Shown here one piece after another: positions 9,432-19,033 of a stretch of DNA of 64,000 bases (the first letter of the stretch is position 1; every line of letters starts with the position of its first letter). The position numbers and the translations under genes are program-made. A model generated the notes under the pieces. The model was not told the DNA's origin. It did no database searches and was given only the letters and a program-made list of their open reading frames with translations. This stretch comes from Candidatus Azophilus sp. (GTDB taxonomy: Bacteria > Pseudomonadota > Gammaproteobacteria > Pseudomonadales > Azotimanducaceae): NCBI GenBank assembly GCA_965200465.1, contig OZ241358.1, forward strand, positions 1,189,872-1,253,871. The letters are read 5' to 3'.

Positions 9432-11066
9432 CTATTGGTGGTCGATGTCCTTGCGTGTCCGCTTGGCTTGAACTGGGGGCGGCGGCCTTTGCATCTGCTT
9501 GCGAAGCGCTTCCGGTGCAAACGCACCGGTTGGCGGCCTGGCTTGCCGGGCTGGGTTCGGCCTGGGCGCTGGCTGCACGGGCCGCGGCGGGCGGGGAATG
9601 GCGTTGATGACGCCGGGCGTCCAGCCCCCGCTTGGAGCCGCCGCCGGTGCCGAGGGGCGGTTCGGGGCGCTTGGCCGCTGCTGCACCTGGGCCGGATGGG
9701 CGACAGGTCGCCTGGCCGTCTGGGGCGCTTGCCGGGGAGGACGCTCCGCCGGCGTTGGCCGCACGAAGCGGGCCGCTGGGGTTCCAGCCCAGCGCTGCGC
9801 TCGTCCAGCATTGGCCGCGCCTTGCCCCGATGGACGCGGGCGCCGCGTCGTCTCCCTTGGCAGGGTTCCCGTCTGAATTGGCGCATGGACTCTGGGCGCC
9901 GGCCGGTCTGCGCGGTCTTGGTTGCGGTCAACGCGCCATCGGTCGGCCCGCCGCCCGTCGCGCTCTGAACTGTTGGCCCGCTCCGCATGGCGGGTGAAGG
10001 CGTGGCCAAGCTCCCCCTGCCGGGCGATCCAGCTGCCCCGCCGATGCGGATGCTTTGGCCTAGCCCCTTGCCGGTGGCCGCGTGGCCGCCAACGGGTGCC
10101 GTCATGGTGGCGCTCATGACGCCGGCGCCAGCGGTCGCGCCGCTGCTCCCGCTCATGCAGGCTCAGGTGCAGGTGCGGGCGACGGTAGTAGAAGGGGTCG
10201 TAGTAACGGTAGCCGAAGTAGGGATGGTCGTGGAAGCCGTAGTGGTGCCAGTGCAGCCGCCCGGTGCTCCAGCCGACGCTGAAGGCCGAGGTGACGCCCC
10301 AAAACAGATCGTCATGGAAGCGGTGGCGCCGATCGTATGGGTAGTAGTACACCGGATAGGCGCGCGGATAGTAGTGGTACACCCGACGGGGTTGATGGCG
10401 CACGACCACTTCGGCGGGTTCGTAGTAGGGCACATGGATGCGGGTGGGGTTGGTGGAGCGGATGCGGACGGCGTCGTCCTCCACCGCCACTGCCTGCTTG
10501 TCGTCGCTCTTCAGGTTGCCGGCCAACCGCGCCCTGTTGCGGAAGGCGCTGATCGCGGCGATGACGTCCTCCTCCTGAGCCAGCACCGCCTCGCCAAGCC
10601 GCCAAGTCCAGTCCAAATCCTCATTCAGCAGCTTCAGGGCCTCCGGATAGTTCAGCAGGGCGATGACGGCTTCGTTCCAGTCTTCATCGGGCTTGGCCGT
10701 CCGGCGCTTCCGCCGCTCCTTGAGGAACCGCGCCGCCTGCACCACCTGCAGCGGGTAGGTGGAGGCCGGCAGCACCACCGCAAGCAGGTCATCGGGGTAG
10801 AGCGCCACCGGCCCCACCAAGGCTTCAAGCTCCTCGGCATCGAGCAGCGCGGCCGCCGGCGCGGCCTGCGGTTCGGCGCCGGCGGCCGGCGCCTGGGCGG
10901 CGAACGCCAGCCAGAACGCCGTCAGCAGCGCCGCCGGCCGCAATACGGCCGTCAGCCGGTGGAGGCGCCGTCCTCTGGGCGCTGGATTGGGTTTGGCGCG
11001 CCAACCGCAGATGCGCCCGCTTCGTCGCCCCTTGGCAGCGCCGCCTTGGTGGAGTGCCTGCATCAT
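9432..11066 (-). CDS. DUF3300 domain protein with a His/Tyr/Arg/Pro-rich low-complexity C-terminal half
   Basis: The start was set at MMQALH (11066), so that the signal-like LLTAFWLAFAAQAPAAGA is N-terminal. The LVGPVALYPDDLLAVVLPASTYPLQVVQAARFL block is the DUF3300 signature. The start and the reality of the C-terminal tail are uncertain. Confidence 0.65.
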   Translation of the reverse strand: MMQALHQGGAAKGRRSGRICGWRAKPNPAPRGRRLHRLTAVLRPAALLTAFWLAFAAQAPAAGAEPQAAPAAALLDAEELEALVGPVALYPDDLLAVVLPASTYPLQVVQAARFLKERRKRRTAKPDEDWNEAVIALLNYPEALKLLNEDLDWTWRLGEAVLAQEEDVIAAISAFRNRARLAGNLKSDDKQAVAVEDDAVRIRSTNPTRIHVPYYEPAEVVVRHQPRRVYHYYPRAYPVYYYPYDRRHRFHDDLFWGVTSAFSVGWSTGRLHWHHYGFHDHPYFGYRYYDPFYYRRPHLHLSLHEREQRRDRWRRRHERHHDGTRWRPRGHRQGARPKHPHRRGSWIARQGELGHAFTRHAERANSSERDGRRADRWRVDRNQDRADRPAPRVHAPIQTGTLPRETTRRPRPSGQGAANAGRAQRWAGTPAARFVRPTPAERPPRQAPQTARRPVAHPAQVQQRPSAPNRPSAPAAAPSGGWTPGVINAIPRPPRPVQPAPRPNPARQARPPTGAFAPEALRKQMQRPPPPVQAKRTRKDIDHQ

Positions 11067-11280
11067 CCGGACCCCGTGTTGGTTCGCCGTCAACCATACA
11101 CTAGAAGGCGCAGTCTGAACCGCCGCTGAACCCGTTTTTGTCAAACCAAGATGAAAAGTTTCCCCTTTCCAGTTCCCAAGCGGGCTGTCGCCGGCTTGCC
11201 GCTCATCGAAGCCAACTCCGCCGATTTTTTCCACTAGGCGTTCCATCCGGCCCGCAATGGGCGTACTATGCGCGTCATCC

Positions 11281-11357
11281 GCACCCGTGGCCAAATTGGA
11301 TAAGGCACCAGTCTACGAAACTGGGGATTGCTGGTTCGAATCCAGCCGGGTGCGCCA
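11281..11357 (+). tRNA. tRNA-Arg (anticodon ACG)
   Basis: Folded by hand into a 77-nt cloverleaf. Acceptor GCACCCG pairs with CGGGTGC. The anticodon stem CCAGT/ACTGG carries loop CTACGAA (ACG). T-arm is GCTGG-TTCGAAT-CCAGC, with discriminator G and an encoded CCA. Confidence 0.9.
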
Positions 11358-11414
11358 GCCGACGGATGGCGTTGCCATCATTTCTCTAGTCAGAGGCAAT
11401 CAGGAGAGGCGAAC

Positions 11415-13802
11415 ATGCGGATTTTGCGAAATTTGGGAGCGCTTGGCGCACTTGCGGTCTTGGCGGGCGCCTTCGCGGGCGGCGGTTGGTCGGCGGCGGC
11501 TTGGGCGCAGCAGCAGGATGCGTCCGGGCTGATCGAGGAAGTGGTGGTCACCTCCCGGCGGCGCCAGGAGTCGCAGCAGGACGTGCCGCTTTCGGTGACC
11601 GCCTTCGGCGCAGAGCAGATCGAGCAGCTCAAGCCGCAGACCCTGCGGGACTTCGACGGGCTGGCGCCGAACGTCTATATCGGCATGAACACCGCCGGCC
11701 CCGGCGCCAGCGCCCTGTACATCCGCGGCATCGGCTACTCCGACATCGAGAAGACGCAAAGCTCCCAAGTGGGGGTGATCGTCGATGGCATCCAGATGGG
11801 CTCCAGCACCGGCCAGTTGATCGACGTCTTCGACGTGGAGAGCATCGAGGTCAACCGCGGCCCCCAGGGGGTGCTGTTCGGCAAGAACACCATCGGCGGC
11901 AACATCGTCGTCAACCGGGTGCGGCCGCAGTTCAATGAGTTCGGCGCCAAGCTGGCCGGAGAGATCGGCAATTACAACTCCAGAATCCTCAAGGGCCGGG
12001 TCAACATTCCGCTGGTCGATGACGCCTTGGCCCTGAAGGTCGGCGCCATCATGCGCGAGCGGGACGGCTTCTACGACAACATCACCTTGGGGGACTCCGC
12101 CGGGGACATCGACTTCTCCTCCCAAACCCTGGCCCTGCGCTGGGCGCCCTCGGACAAGTTCGACGCCATCCTCACCTATGACCGCCTCAAGGACCGCGGG
12201 CAAATCCCGCCCCAAGATCCGCGCTTCAACGGCGACGACCCCTTCGAGAACTTGGCGGACAAGAAGGAGCCGATGCGCTACGACGTGGACCAAGTGGGCC
12301 TGCGGGCCGAATGGGAACTGCCCAACGGCTACGTTCTCAACGCCATCACCGGCTGGCACAGCGGCGATGACTTGGTGAACCAAGACTTCGACGGCGGCGC
12401 CATTGACGGGACCGCCATTCCCTTCGCCCAACTGCACACCCTGCGCGACCAGAAATACGACGTGTTCACCCAGGAGGTCCGTTTCTCCGGGGACTTCACC
12501 GACGGCCTGGACTTCATGGCCGGCTTCTACTACTTCAACTCGGAGCTTGGGTTCCAGCAGAACACCAACAACGTGCTGCAGTTGCCGCCGGGCGCCTTGG
12601 GCCTGCCGCCGGGGCTGCCTTGCGGCATCGCTCCGGGGTTGCGCGCCAACCCCGGCGTGGGCGATGCGCTTTGCCAAGTCGCCAACGCCCGCAGCATTCA
12701 GCGGGCCGGGGAGGACGTCAAGTCCATCGCGGTCTTCGGGGCCATCAACTGGCGGCCGGCGGAGAACCTGGAGCTGAGCTTCGGCGCCCGCTACATCAAT
12801 GAGGACAAGGACGCCTTCAACTCCTACTTCGACTACTCGGACGGCACCTTCGACACCACGCCGGTCACCCAGGAGTTCAACTTCGCCGGCCGCCCGGAGC
12901 GGGCCGGCGTCGCCTACGAAGTGTCGGACAGCTGGGACGACGTGATTTTGCTGGCCTCCGCCACCTGGGCCATCACGGACAACAACCGCGCCTACGTCAG
13001 CTATTCGGAGGGCTTCCGCAGCGGCGGCTTCAGCATCCGCTCCGCCCGGGACCCGGCGGAGGCGGCGTTCCAGCCGGAGGACGCCTTCCAAATCGAGGCC
13101 GGCCTGAAGAACGAGTTCTTCGACCGTCGCCTGCGCCTCAACGTCGCCTACTTCCATTTGGAGCGGGACGGCGCCCAGTTCAGCTCCATCATTCCCCTGC
13201 CGCCCGGCTCCATTCCCGGCACCACCACCATCATCAACAACGGCGGCACCTCAGAGTACTCCGGGGTTGAACTGGAGTCCCAATGGCTGATCAACGACGA
13301 CTTCACCCTAGTGGTGAACGGCGGCGTCCTGGACGTCAAGAACCAAGCCTTCACCATCGACTGCTTCATTCTGGACGGCTGCGCCACTGGCGTTCCCGGC
13401 GTGACCGACCCACCGGGCACTTTGCGCAATCAGGGCGGCAACGACGACAGCCGGCAGCCGGACTGGAACCTTGCCGTCACCCTGGCGTTTGACCGGCAAC
13501 TGGGGCCGGGGCGCTTCTCCGCCAATCTCGGCTGGCGGAAGGTGGGCGACTTCCTGCTGGTGAACACCGGCGGCGGGGCCGACCAACGGCTGTTCGAGGG
13601 CGGCTACTTCGGCTTGGACGCTCGGGTGGCCTATGAATGGACGCTGGACAGCGGCGGCGCCGTTTCCATCGCCGCCTTCGGCAAGAACCTGACCGATGAG
13701 AAGTGGCGGGAGCAGGCCCTGTTCCTAGGCGGCTTCAGAACCGGCTTCCAAGGCTGGGGCGCGCCGCAGACCTACGCCCTGGAGTTCTCCTACACGATGT
13801 AG
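11415..13802 (+). CDS. TonB-dependent receptor
   Basis: The ATG at 11415 follows RBS aggaga. It has a signal peptide and a plug region EEVVVTSRRRQESQQDVPLSVTAF. The long beta-barrel body is rich in aromatic/Gly strand repeats. Confidence 0.9.
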   Translation: MRILRNLGALGALAVLAGAFAGGGWSAAAWAQQQDASGLIEEVVVTSRRRQESQQDVPLSVTAFGAEQIEQLKPQTLRDFDGLAPNVYIGMNTAGPGASALYIRGIGYSDIEKTQSSQVGVIVDGIQMGSSTGQLIDVFDVESIEVNRGPQGVLFGKNTIGGNIVVNRVRPQFNEFGAKLAGEIGNYNSRILKGRVNIPLVDDALALKVGAIMRERDGFYDNITLGDSAGDIDFSSQTLALRWAPSDKFDAILTYDRLKDRGQIPPQDPRFNGDDPFENLADKKEPMRYDVDQVGLRAEWELPNGYVLNAITGWHSGDDLVNQDFDGGAIDGTAIPFAQLHTLRDQKYDVFTQEVRFSGDFTDGLDFMAGFYYFNSELGFQQNTNNVLQLPPGALGLPPGLPCGIAPGLRANPGVGDALCQVANARSIQRAGEDVKSIAVFGAINWRPAENLELSFGARYINEDKDAFNSYFDYSDGTFDTTPVTQEFNFAGRPERAGVAYEVSDSWDDVILLASATWAITDNNRAYVSYSEGFRSGGFSIRSARDPAEAAFQPEDAFQIEAGLKNEFFDRRLRLNVAYFHLERDGAQFSSIIPLPPGSIPGTTTIINNGGTSEYSGVELESQWLINDDFTLVVNGGVLDVKNQAFTIDCFILDGCATGVPGVTDPPGTLRNQGGNDDSRQPDWNLAVTLAFDRQLGPGRFSANLGWRKVGDFLLVNTGGGADQRLFEGGYFGLDARVAYEWTLDSGGAVSIAAFGKNLTDEKWREQALFLGGFRTGFQGWGAPQTYALEFSYTM

Positions 13803-13832
13803 GCGCTGACCATCGCCGGCTGGCGGGCAGCC

Positions 13833-15221
13833 GTGGCTGGCGACGACGGGCATCCACCTGCGGCGGCGGATGCCCGCCCTGATCTAGGCCGCCGTTGCGG
13901 GCTTGATGCCCCTGCGCCCGGGCCCTACCCGAACCCTGCTTATGCCTGGGCGGTGGTCGGCGCACTGGTGCTGGCCGCGCTGGTGGCCTTCATCGACCGG
14001 CAGGTGGTGGCCATCGTGGTGGATCCGATGAAGGCCGACCTAGGCGTCAACGACGCCCAGATCGGCTGGCTGTACGGCGTGTTCGCGGTGTTCTACGCCG
14101 TCGCCGCGCTGCCCATCGCTTGGCTGGCGGACCGCAGAAGCCGCAAACTCATCATCGCCGCCGGCATCTTCTTCTGGTCCCTAATGACCATGGCCTGCGG
14201 CCTGTCGCGCAGCTTTTGGCATGTGCTCTTGGCCCGCATCGGCGTGGGCGTGGGGGAGGCCACCTTAAGCCCGGCCGCCACCTCCCTGGTGGGGGACTTC
14301 TTCCCTCGGCAACGGGTGCCGCTGGCGCTCTCGGTGTTCCAGACCGGCGCCATCATGGGCTCCGGCATCGCCTTCATCATCGGCGGCTATGTGCTTGGCT
14401 TGGTGCAGGAGGCGCCGCCGCTTAAGCTGCCGTTCTTTGGCGAACTGCGGCCCTGGCAGCAAACCTTCGTCTATGTGGGGGCGCCGGGGCTGCTCATGGC
14501 GCTGCTGTTCGCCCTGCTGCGGGAGCCGGCGCGGCGCATGGGCGCCCAGGTCGGCGGCGGGCGGCTGCGCGACTTGGCGGCGTTCTACCGCAGCAACCTC
14601 AAGACCTTGGCGCTGCACCACTTGGGCTTCCTGTCCCTGGTGTTGGCCGGCTACGCCTTCGTGTTCTGGACGGTCTCCTACTTCGTGCGGGTGCATGGCT
14701 ACGAAGCGGCCCAGGCTTCGCTGATCTTCGGCTGGATTTTCCTGATCGCCGGCCCGACCGGGCCGATATTGGTGGCCCTGCTGGCCCGCCGCCTGAGCGA
14801 CCGCGGCGCCAAGGACGCCAACATCGTCGGCGGCATGGCGGGCGGGGCGGCGGCCATCCTGATCATCCTGGGGATTCAATTCACGCCGAACGCCTTTTGG
14901 GCCTTCGTCCTTTACGTTCCGGCCATGGCGGCCATCAACTCGCCCTTCGGCATCGCCGCCGGCGCCCTGCCGGTCATCACGCCGCCGAACCTGCGCGCCC
15001 AGGTGGCGGCGGTCTATCTGTTCGTCACCTCGCTGGGCATGCTGCTGGGGCCGCCCATCACCGGTGCCTTCAACGAATACGTCTTCCCGGAAGGAGAGGG
15101 GGTGCGCTACTCTCTAGTGACCGTCTCCAGCATCTTCGGCCTGGTCGGCCTCATCGCGCTGCAACTGGCCCGCAAACCCTACGCCCGCAGCCTGGAGGTC
15201 GCGGACCAAAGGGACCCCTAG
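13833..15221 (+). CDS. MFS transporter (Spinster-like)
   Basis: About 12 hydrophobic segments, with FIDRQVV near TM1 and the motif-A-like WLADRRSRKLII. The only upstream in-frame start is the GTG at 13833, so the exact start is uncertain. Confidence 0.8.
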   Translation: MAGDDGHPPAAADARPDLGRRCGLDAPAPGPYPNPAYAWAVVGALVLAALVAFIDRQVVAIVVDPMKADLGVNDAQIGWLYGVFAVFYAVAALPIAWLADRRSRKLIIAAGIFFWSLMTMACGLSRSFWHVLLARIGVGVGEATLSPAATSLVGDFFPRQRVPLALSVFQTGAIMGSGIAFIIGGYVLGLVQEAPPLKLPFFGELRPWQQTFVYVGAPGLLMALLFALLREPARRMGAQVGGGRLRDLAAFYRSNLKTLALHHLGFLSLVLAGYAFVFWTVSYFVRVHGYEAAQASLIFGWIFLIAGPTGPILVALLARRLSDRGAKDANIVGGMAGGAAAILIILGIQFTPNAFWAFVLYVPAMAAINSPFGIAAGALPVITPPNLRAQVAAVYLFVTSLGMLLGPPITGAFNEYVFPEGEGVRYSLVTVSSIFGLVGLIALQLARKPYARSLEVADQRDP

Positions 15222-15339
15222 ACTTTCAGCAATGGCGGGCGCCGCTGGCTGCTCATGGCGATGCGCCAAGCCGTGCATCGATTTGCTTCAAGGATGCCGT
15301 GATATGCTGCCCTGATCTCAGGTCGCAGCGGGAGGACCA

Positions 15340-15822
15340 ATGGGCTTGATCAACGCCGAAATTGAACTCTCCAACCCTAGGGATGGGGAAATCAGGCCGG
15401 TCAAGGCCGAGGCGCTGGTCGATGCCGGCGCCCTGCACCTTTGCGTCCCGGAGCGCATTGCCTTGCAACTGCAGCTGGAGGAGCTCCACAAGCGTGAAGT
15501 GAAAACCGCCGGCGGCAAAAGCCATCTGGTTCCCTACATGGGGCCGGTGGTGGTTAAGTTTGACAATCGCGGCTGCTTCACGGGCGCCTTGGTTTTTGGC
15601 GACCAAGTGCTGCTTGGCGCCGTGCCGATGGAGGACATGGACGTCTTGATTTCTCCATCGACCCAATCTCTAGTCGTCAACCCCGAGAGCCCCAACATCG
15701 CCACTTCCGTGGCGATGCGCGGTTTCGAGTTCAACTTCCAGATGAGGCCCGGGCGGACAGTCGCTCACTGGACGATTCCGGCGATGTGCGAATTGCATGG
15801 GCAGCTCCGCTCGATGGGCTGA
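15340..15822 (+). CDS. Retropepsin-like (clan AA) aspartic protease
   Basis: N-terminal 125 aa (MGLINAEIELSNPRDG...VDAGALHLCVPERIA...LLGAVPMEDMDVLISP) match the small bacterial clan-AA protease pattern. The last ~35 aa overlap the next remnant in another frame and may not be native. Confidence 0.6.
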   Translation: MGLINAEIELSNPRDGEIRPVKAEALVDAGALHLCVPERIALQLQLEELHKREVKTAGGKSHLVPYMGPVVVKFDNRGCFTGALVFGDQVLLGAVPMEDMDVLISPSTQSLVVNPESPNIATSVAMRGFEFNFQMRPGRTVAHWTIPAMCELHGQLRSMG

Positions 15823-16115
15823 ACAAAACCGGCTATTTTTGGGCCTTCTTTCCGATGCACACGGCAAGCCTTTTGGCGGGCATTCTGAATGCCCCGTGGA
15901 AGACCAATGAGGACCGGCGGAACCTCCTGCCCGGCCCATGCAACGACGAACTGATCGATGCCGCTGCGGAATTGGCGGCGAAAGCGCTGCCCAAGCTCTC
16001 CTTGCCAACCGACCCTGCGAAGCACTTGGACGCTTTGCCGCGCCGGGAGGAAGCGGGAGACGGCGAGCACAGCAGAAGGTTGCGGGAAAGGCTGCTTGCG
16101 GCCCTGCGTGACTAA
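15660..16115 (+). pseudogene. Fragment of a larger gene (sacsin/HATPase-like family suspected)
   Basis: This open frame has no convincing start (the track starts at GTG 15786, but the frame is open further upstream). It encodes ...VRIAWAAPLDGLNKTGYFWAFFPMHTASLLAGILNAPWKTNEDRRNLLPG. I recall this block from the middle of >1000-aa ATP-binding proteins; here only ~110-150 codons are present. Confidence 0.3.
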
Positions 16116-16207
16116 AAAGTTGTTCCGGACCAAGGCGGCCAACAATATGGACAACTTCAACAGGGAGTTGGCGTTTACGGATTTGGATTGGCTGTGGGCG
16201 TAGTCCG

Positions 16208-16906
16208 CTATGCGGGGGAGATGAAGGACTTCAATTGGTTGGCGAGGCTGGAGCAGGCGGAGGAGCGCACTCTGGCGATGATGGGGATGGGCACGATGAC
16301 CGCCGGCACATAGCTCATGCCGGTGGCTTCGGAACTGATCCTGCCGGCGTTCCGGCCGGTGTTGACGTCCCATACCGAGGCTTCGTAGGAGGAGTCGTTC
16401 TCCCAGGAAAGGAAGCCGAAGCAGCCGCCGCCGCCGGGCGCTACGGCGCAGGTCAGGGAGCCGCCGGAGTCGGTGCGCTCGGTGGAGCCCTCTATCCACA
16501 CCAGATACTTCAGGCGCATCCGCTCCAAGCGTTCGGCCAAGGGCGGCTGCTTGATGATCTCCGGCAGGTCGGCGCTGTTGAGGGGTGCGATGCGCGGTTC
16601 AAACCAAGGGAAGACGGCGTCGATGAACTGCTGCTCGTCAATGACGTTGAAACCTTCCGCCCCGCGGCTCATGTTGTCCGCCACGCAGCTGATGAAGTCC
16701 AGCTCCGTTTCGTCCGCGGTCGGCTGGCTGCGGCGGCCAAGCACCACGATGGCGTCGCCGCCGGACATGGCCGTGTCCGTCTCGCGGATTTCCTGCACCG
16801 TGGCGGTGACGCAGCCGCCTAGCAGCACACACGCCAGAAGGAGCGCCAAGCCGCGCCCTGGGCCAACTGTGGACGCTTCGTCTTGAGGTTCCGCCCTCCC
16901 GAACAC
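16208..16906 (-). CDS. Hypothetical lipoprotein
   Basis: Lipobox-like LLLACVLLGGC, then a Cys-containing soluble domain. The start is uncertain (GTG at 16906 is the nearest upstream start codon). It lies on the same strand downstream of the MotA/vWA cluster. Confidence 0.5.
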   Translation of the reverse strand: MFGRAEPQDEASTVGPGRGLALLLACVLLGGCVTATVQEIRETDTAMSGGDAIVVLGRRSQPTADETELDFISCVADNMSRGAEGFNVIDEQQFIDAVFPWFEPRIAPLNSADLPEIIKQPPLAERLERMRLKYLVWIEGSTERTDSGGSLTCAVAPGGGGCFGFLSWENDSSYEASVWDVNTGRNAGRISSEATGMSYVPAVIVPIPIIARVRSSACSSLANQLKSFISPA

Positions 16907-17022
16907 GGGGTTGCCGGGTTGCCGGATGGGGACTGCGCCCTGGCGCCGCACCCTGCACCCGGCTTGGAGTGAGGCGCCGCGGGCGGCTGGGCGAATCTTG
17001 TGCTGCCTTGGCTGCCTGCACT

Positions 17023-17679
17023 TCATGCCGCCGCTCCCATTTCCTTCGCCAGCCATGCCTGCACCACCGGCACGCTGGCGAACTGCTGGGTGAAGAAGGC
17101 CATGGCGTCCCGGCAGGCGGCCATAGCCGCATCCTGCAGGGCGCTGGAGGCGCCGGCGTGGTTCTGCTTGTGCGCCTTGCCGTAGGCGGTCAAGTCCCAG
17201 CCGCCGAGTTCGACGCCCTGGTTGTCGTGCAGCTTGAAACGATAGCGCAGCCAGACCTCGTAGTAGTCCGAGCGGCTCTGCTCCGGGGTGGCGAACTGCA
17301 CCTCCTCGATGGAAGGCGACAGCACTCCGGCAATGTCAGGATGCTTGGCGTCAACGCGCTCCACCAGCCGATGGCCGGCGAACATGCCCTCCAGCAGGTT
17401 GGCGAACATGGCCGGCTGGGCGGCGCCGAGCTCGATCTCCCAGTCCCCCCGCTGCTCCAAGGACTCCCGGTGGATGTAGGCGAGCAGCGCGTCGTCGAGG
17501 TGGAGGCCCACCGGCAGCGGCACCTTTTCCACCAAGGGCACGGGAAACTGGGTGGGCACCGCCACCTTGGCCCCGGCGCAGCCCACCAACAGGGCCAAGG
17601 CGAACAGCAGCGGGAGGGCTCGGACAAGCCTAGGTTCAGGCCGTCCTCCAGCGCCTTCGGTTGCGGGACAAAGGCGCAT
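17023..17679 (-). CDS. Hypothetical lipoprotein
   Basis: The ATG at 17679 gives MRLC...LPLLFALALLVGCAG (lipobox LVGC). The longer track ORF N-terminus (to 18000) is not protein-like. An AT-richer putative promoter region lies upstream. Confidence 0.55.
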   Translation of the reverse strand: MRLCPATEGAGGRPEPRLVRALPLLFALALLVGCAGAKVAVPTQFPVPLVEKVPLPVGLHLDDALLAYIHRESLEQRGDWEIELGAAQPAMFANLLEGMFAGHRLVERVDAKHPDIAGVLSPSIEEVQFATPEQSRSDYYEVWLRYRFKLHDNQGVELGGWDLTAYGKAHKQNHAGASSALQDAAMAACRDAMAFFTQQFASVPVVQAWLAKEMGAAA

Positions 17680-18027
17680 ACGGCTTTCTCCGAAACTGAA
17701 AATATCCTTGAAAAACAACGACATGGAAAGAATTCTGCAACAGATCCTCGGCCGCGGTTGCCGGCTGTAACGAGGAACAGCCAGCCGAACTGCACCGAGT
17801 GGCGGCGCCGCCCATGCAGCGCTGGGCCAACCCGCGGCCGCGCCGTGCAGCGGCGGAATCCGCACTGAGTTCCCGTGCTTGTGGACGCTGACCCTGCGGA
17901 AAAGGGCGCACACGGCCGGGGATTGGGCTGCGCCCCGGGTGAAGCCTTGAAGCGCTTTCGGCAATGGACTGAATGTGAAGGGCATTGCTGCGTCGGACAA
18001 ACGGGTTGCTGCGGCCTGCCGCCTAGA

Positions 18028-19020
18028 TTACTGGAATTCAGACAAGCCGACAAAGGCGCCTTCGTTGCGGTGCGCCAACTCCCGCATCAGCGCGGCGAAG
18101 CGGTAGATGCGGGCGTTGGGCCGCTGCAAATGCACCGGAAAGCCCACGGCGTTGATGCGCACCCGCCGCCGCCCGGCTTCGTCGGCGACGTTGATGCGGT
18201 CCACCGCATCGACCACCTCCTCTATGGAGTCGCCGCTGTAGTCGTCGCCGAACACATAGATGCCGATGCGCTTGTCCGGCGCGTAGAAGGCGTCGATGGC
18301 GGCCTGAATGCCCTCCACCGGGCTGGAGTTGCTGAACGGGCTCCAACTGCGCAGGGTGTTGATGATGGACTGCCGGCGCGCCGGCGTGTCGGGAATCCAC
18401 TGGCCGCGGTAGCCTGAGAACATGTACTCGCCCATGTCGTTCATCACTTGGATGCCCTTGACGGTGGGATAGACGTCCAAGGTCTCCTGCACCTTGCGCA
18501 GCACCTGCGGCCAGGCGCCGTTGAACATGCTGCCGGAGGTGTCGATGACGAAGATGATGTACTCGCTGTCAACGGCGATGCCGCCCACCAAGTCGCTTTG
18601 GCGGCGGAAATCCATCCCCAGCAGGCGCTCCATCTCGTCGGTGAGGGTCTGGCGGGCGGCGGCCAGCTTCAGGGTCTGCCGCCGCACTTCCTCGTTCGTC
18701 TGCGCGGTGGCCCTGTGCCGGCCGAGCACTCGGGTCAACTCCTCGCGCATGGCGGCCAAGGCCAGCAGGTTCTTGTCCAGCTGGGCGGCGGCCTGCTCCA
18801 CCTGCCGGCGCAGCTCCCGAATCTGGCCCTGGATGTCGTGCAGGGCCTGTTCGCGGCTGGCGACCTGCCCATCCAGGCTGACTGCGGACTTCTCCAGCAG
18901 CACCGGCGCCACCGTCTTGGTGATGAGCAGCAGCAGGATGATGGCCCCGAAGCCGCAGCAGATCACGTCTAGAAAGGAGACGCTGAACTCCTCCATCGGC
19001 CGGCGTCCGCGAATGCTCAT
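18028..19020 (-). CDS. ExbD/TolR-like TM anchor - coiled coil - vWA domain protein (paralogue 2)
   Basis: N-terminus RRPMEEFSVSFLDVICCGFGAIILLLLIT aligns with the in-window ExbD INLTPMLDVVFIMLIFFIV, including the TM Asp. About 100 aa of heptad-like Q/E/R/L sequence follow. The vWA domain has MIDAS DxSxS (FVIDTSGSM). Confidence 0.75.
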   Translation of the reverse strand: MSIRGRRPMEEFSVSFLDVICCGFGAIILLLLITKTVAPVLLEKSAVSLDGQVASREQALHDIQGQIRELRRQVEQAAAQLDKNLLALAAMREELTRVLGRHRATAQTNEEVRRQTLKLAAARQTLTDEMERLLGMDFRRQSDLVGGIAVDSEYIIFVIDTSGSMFNGAWPQVLRKVQETLDVYPTVKGIQVMNDMGEYMFSGYRGQWIPDTPARRQSIINTLRSWSPFSNSSPVEGIQAAIDAFYAPDKRIGIYVFGDDYSGDSIEEVVDAVDRINVADEAGRRRVRINAVGFPVHLQRPNARIYRFAALMRELAHRNEGAFVGLSEFQ

Positions 19021-19033
19021 GGCGCACCGGCCA

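Noticed and set aside
9987-11129. 380-aa plus-strand ORF opposite the DUF3300 gene
   Set aside because: The DUF3300 signature is on the minus strand. The plus-strand product is Val/Gly/Ala/Arg-rich shadow sequence.
11400-13157. 585-aa minus-strand ORF, with similar ones at 48941-50521 and 51003-52664
   Set aside because: These are antisense to TonB-dependent receptor and DUF885 genes. They are low-complexity Gly/Val/Ala/Arg translations with no start context.
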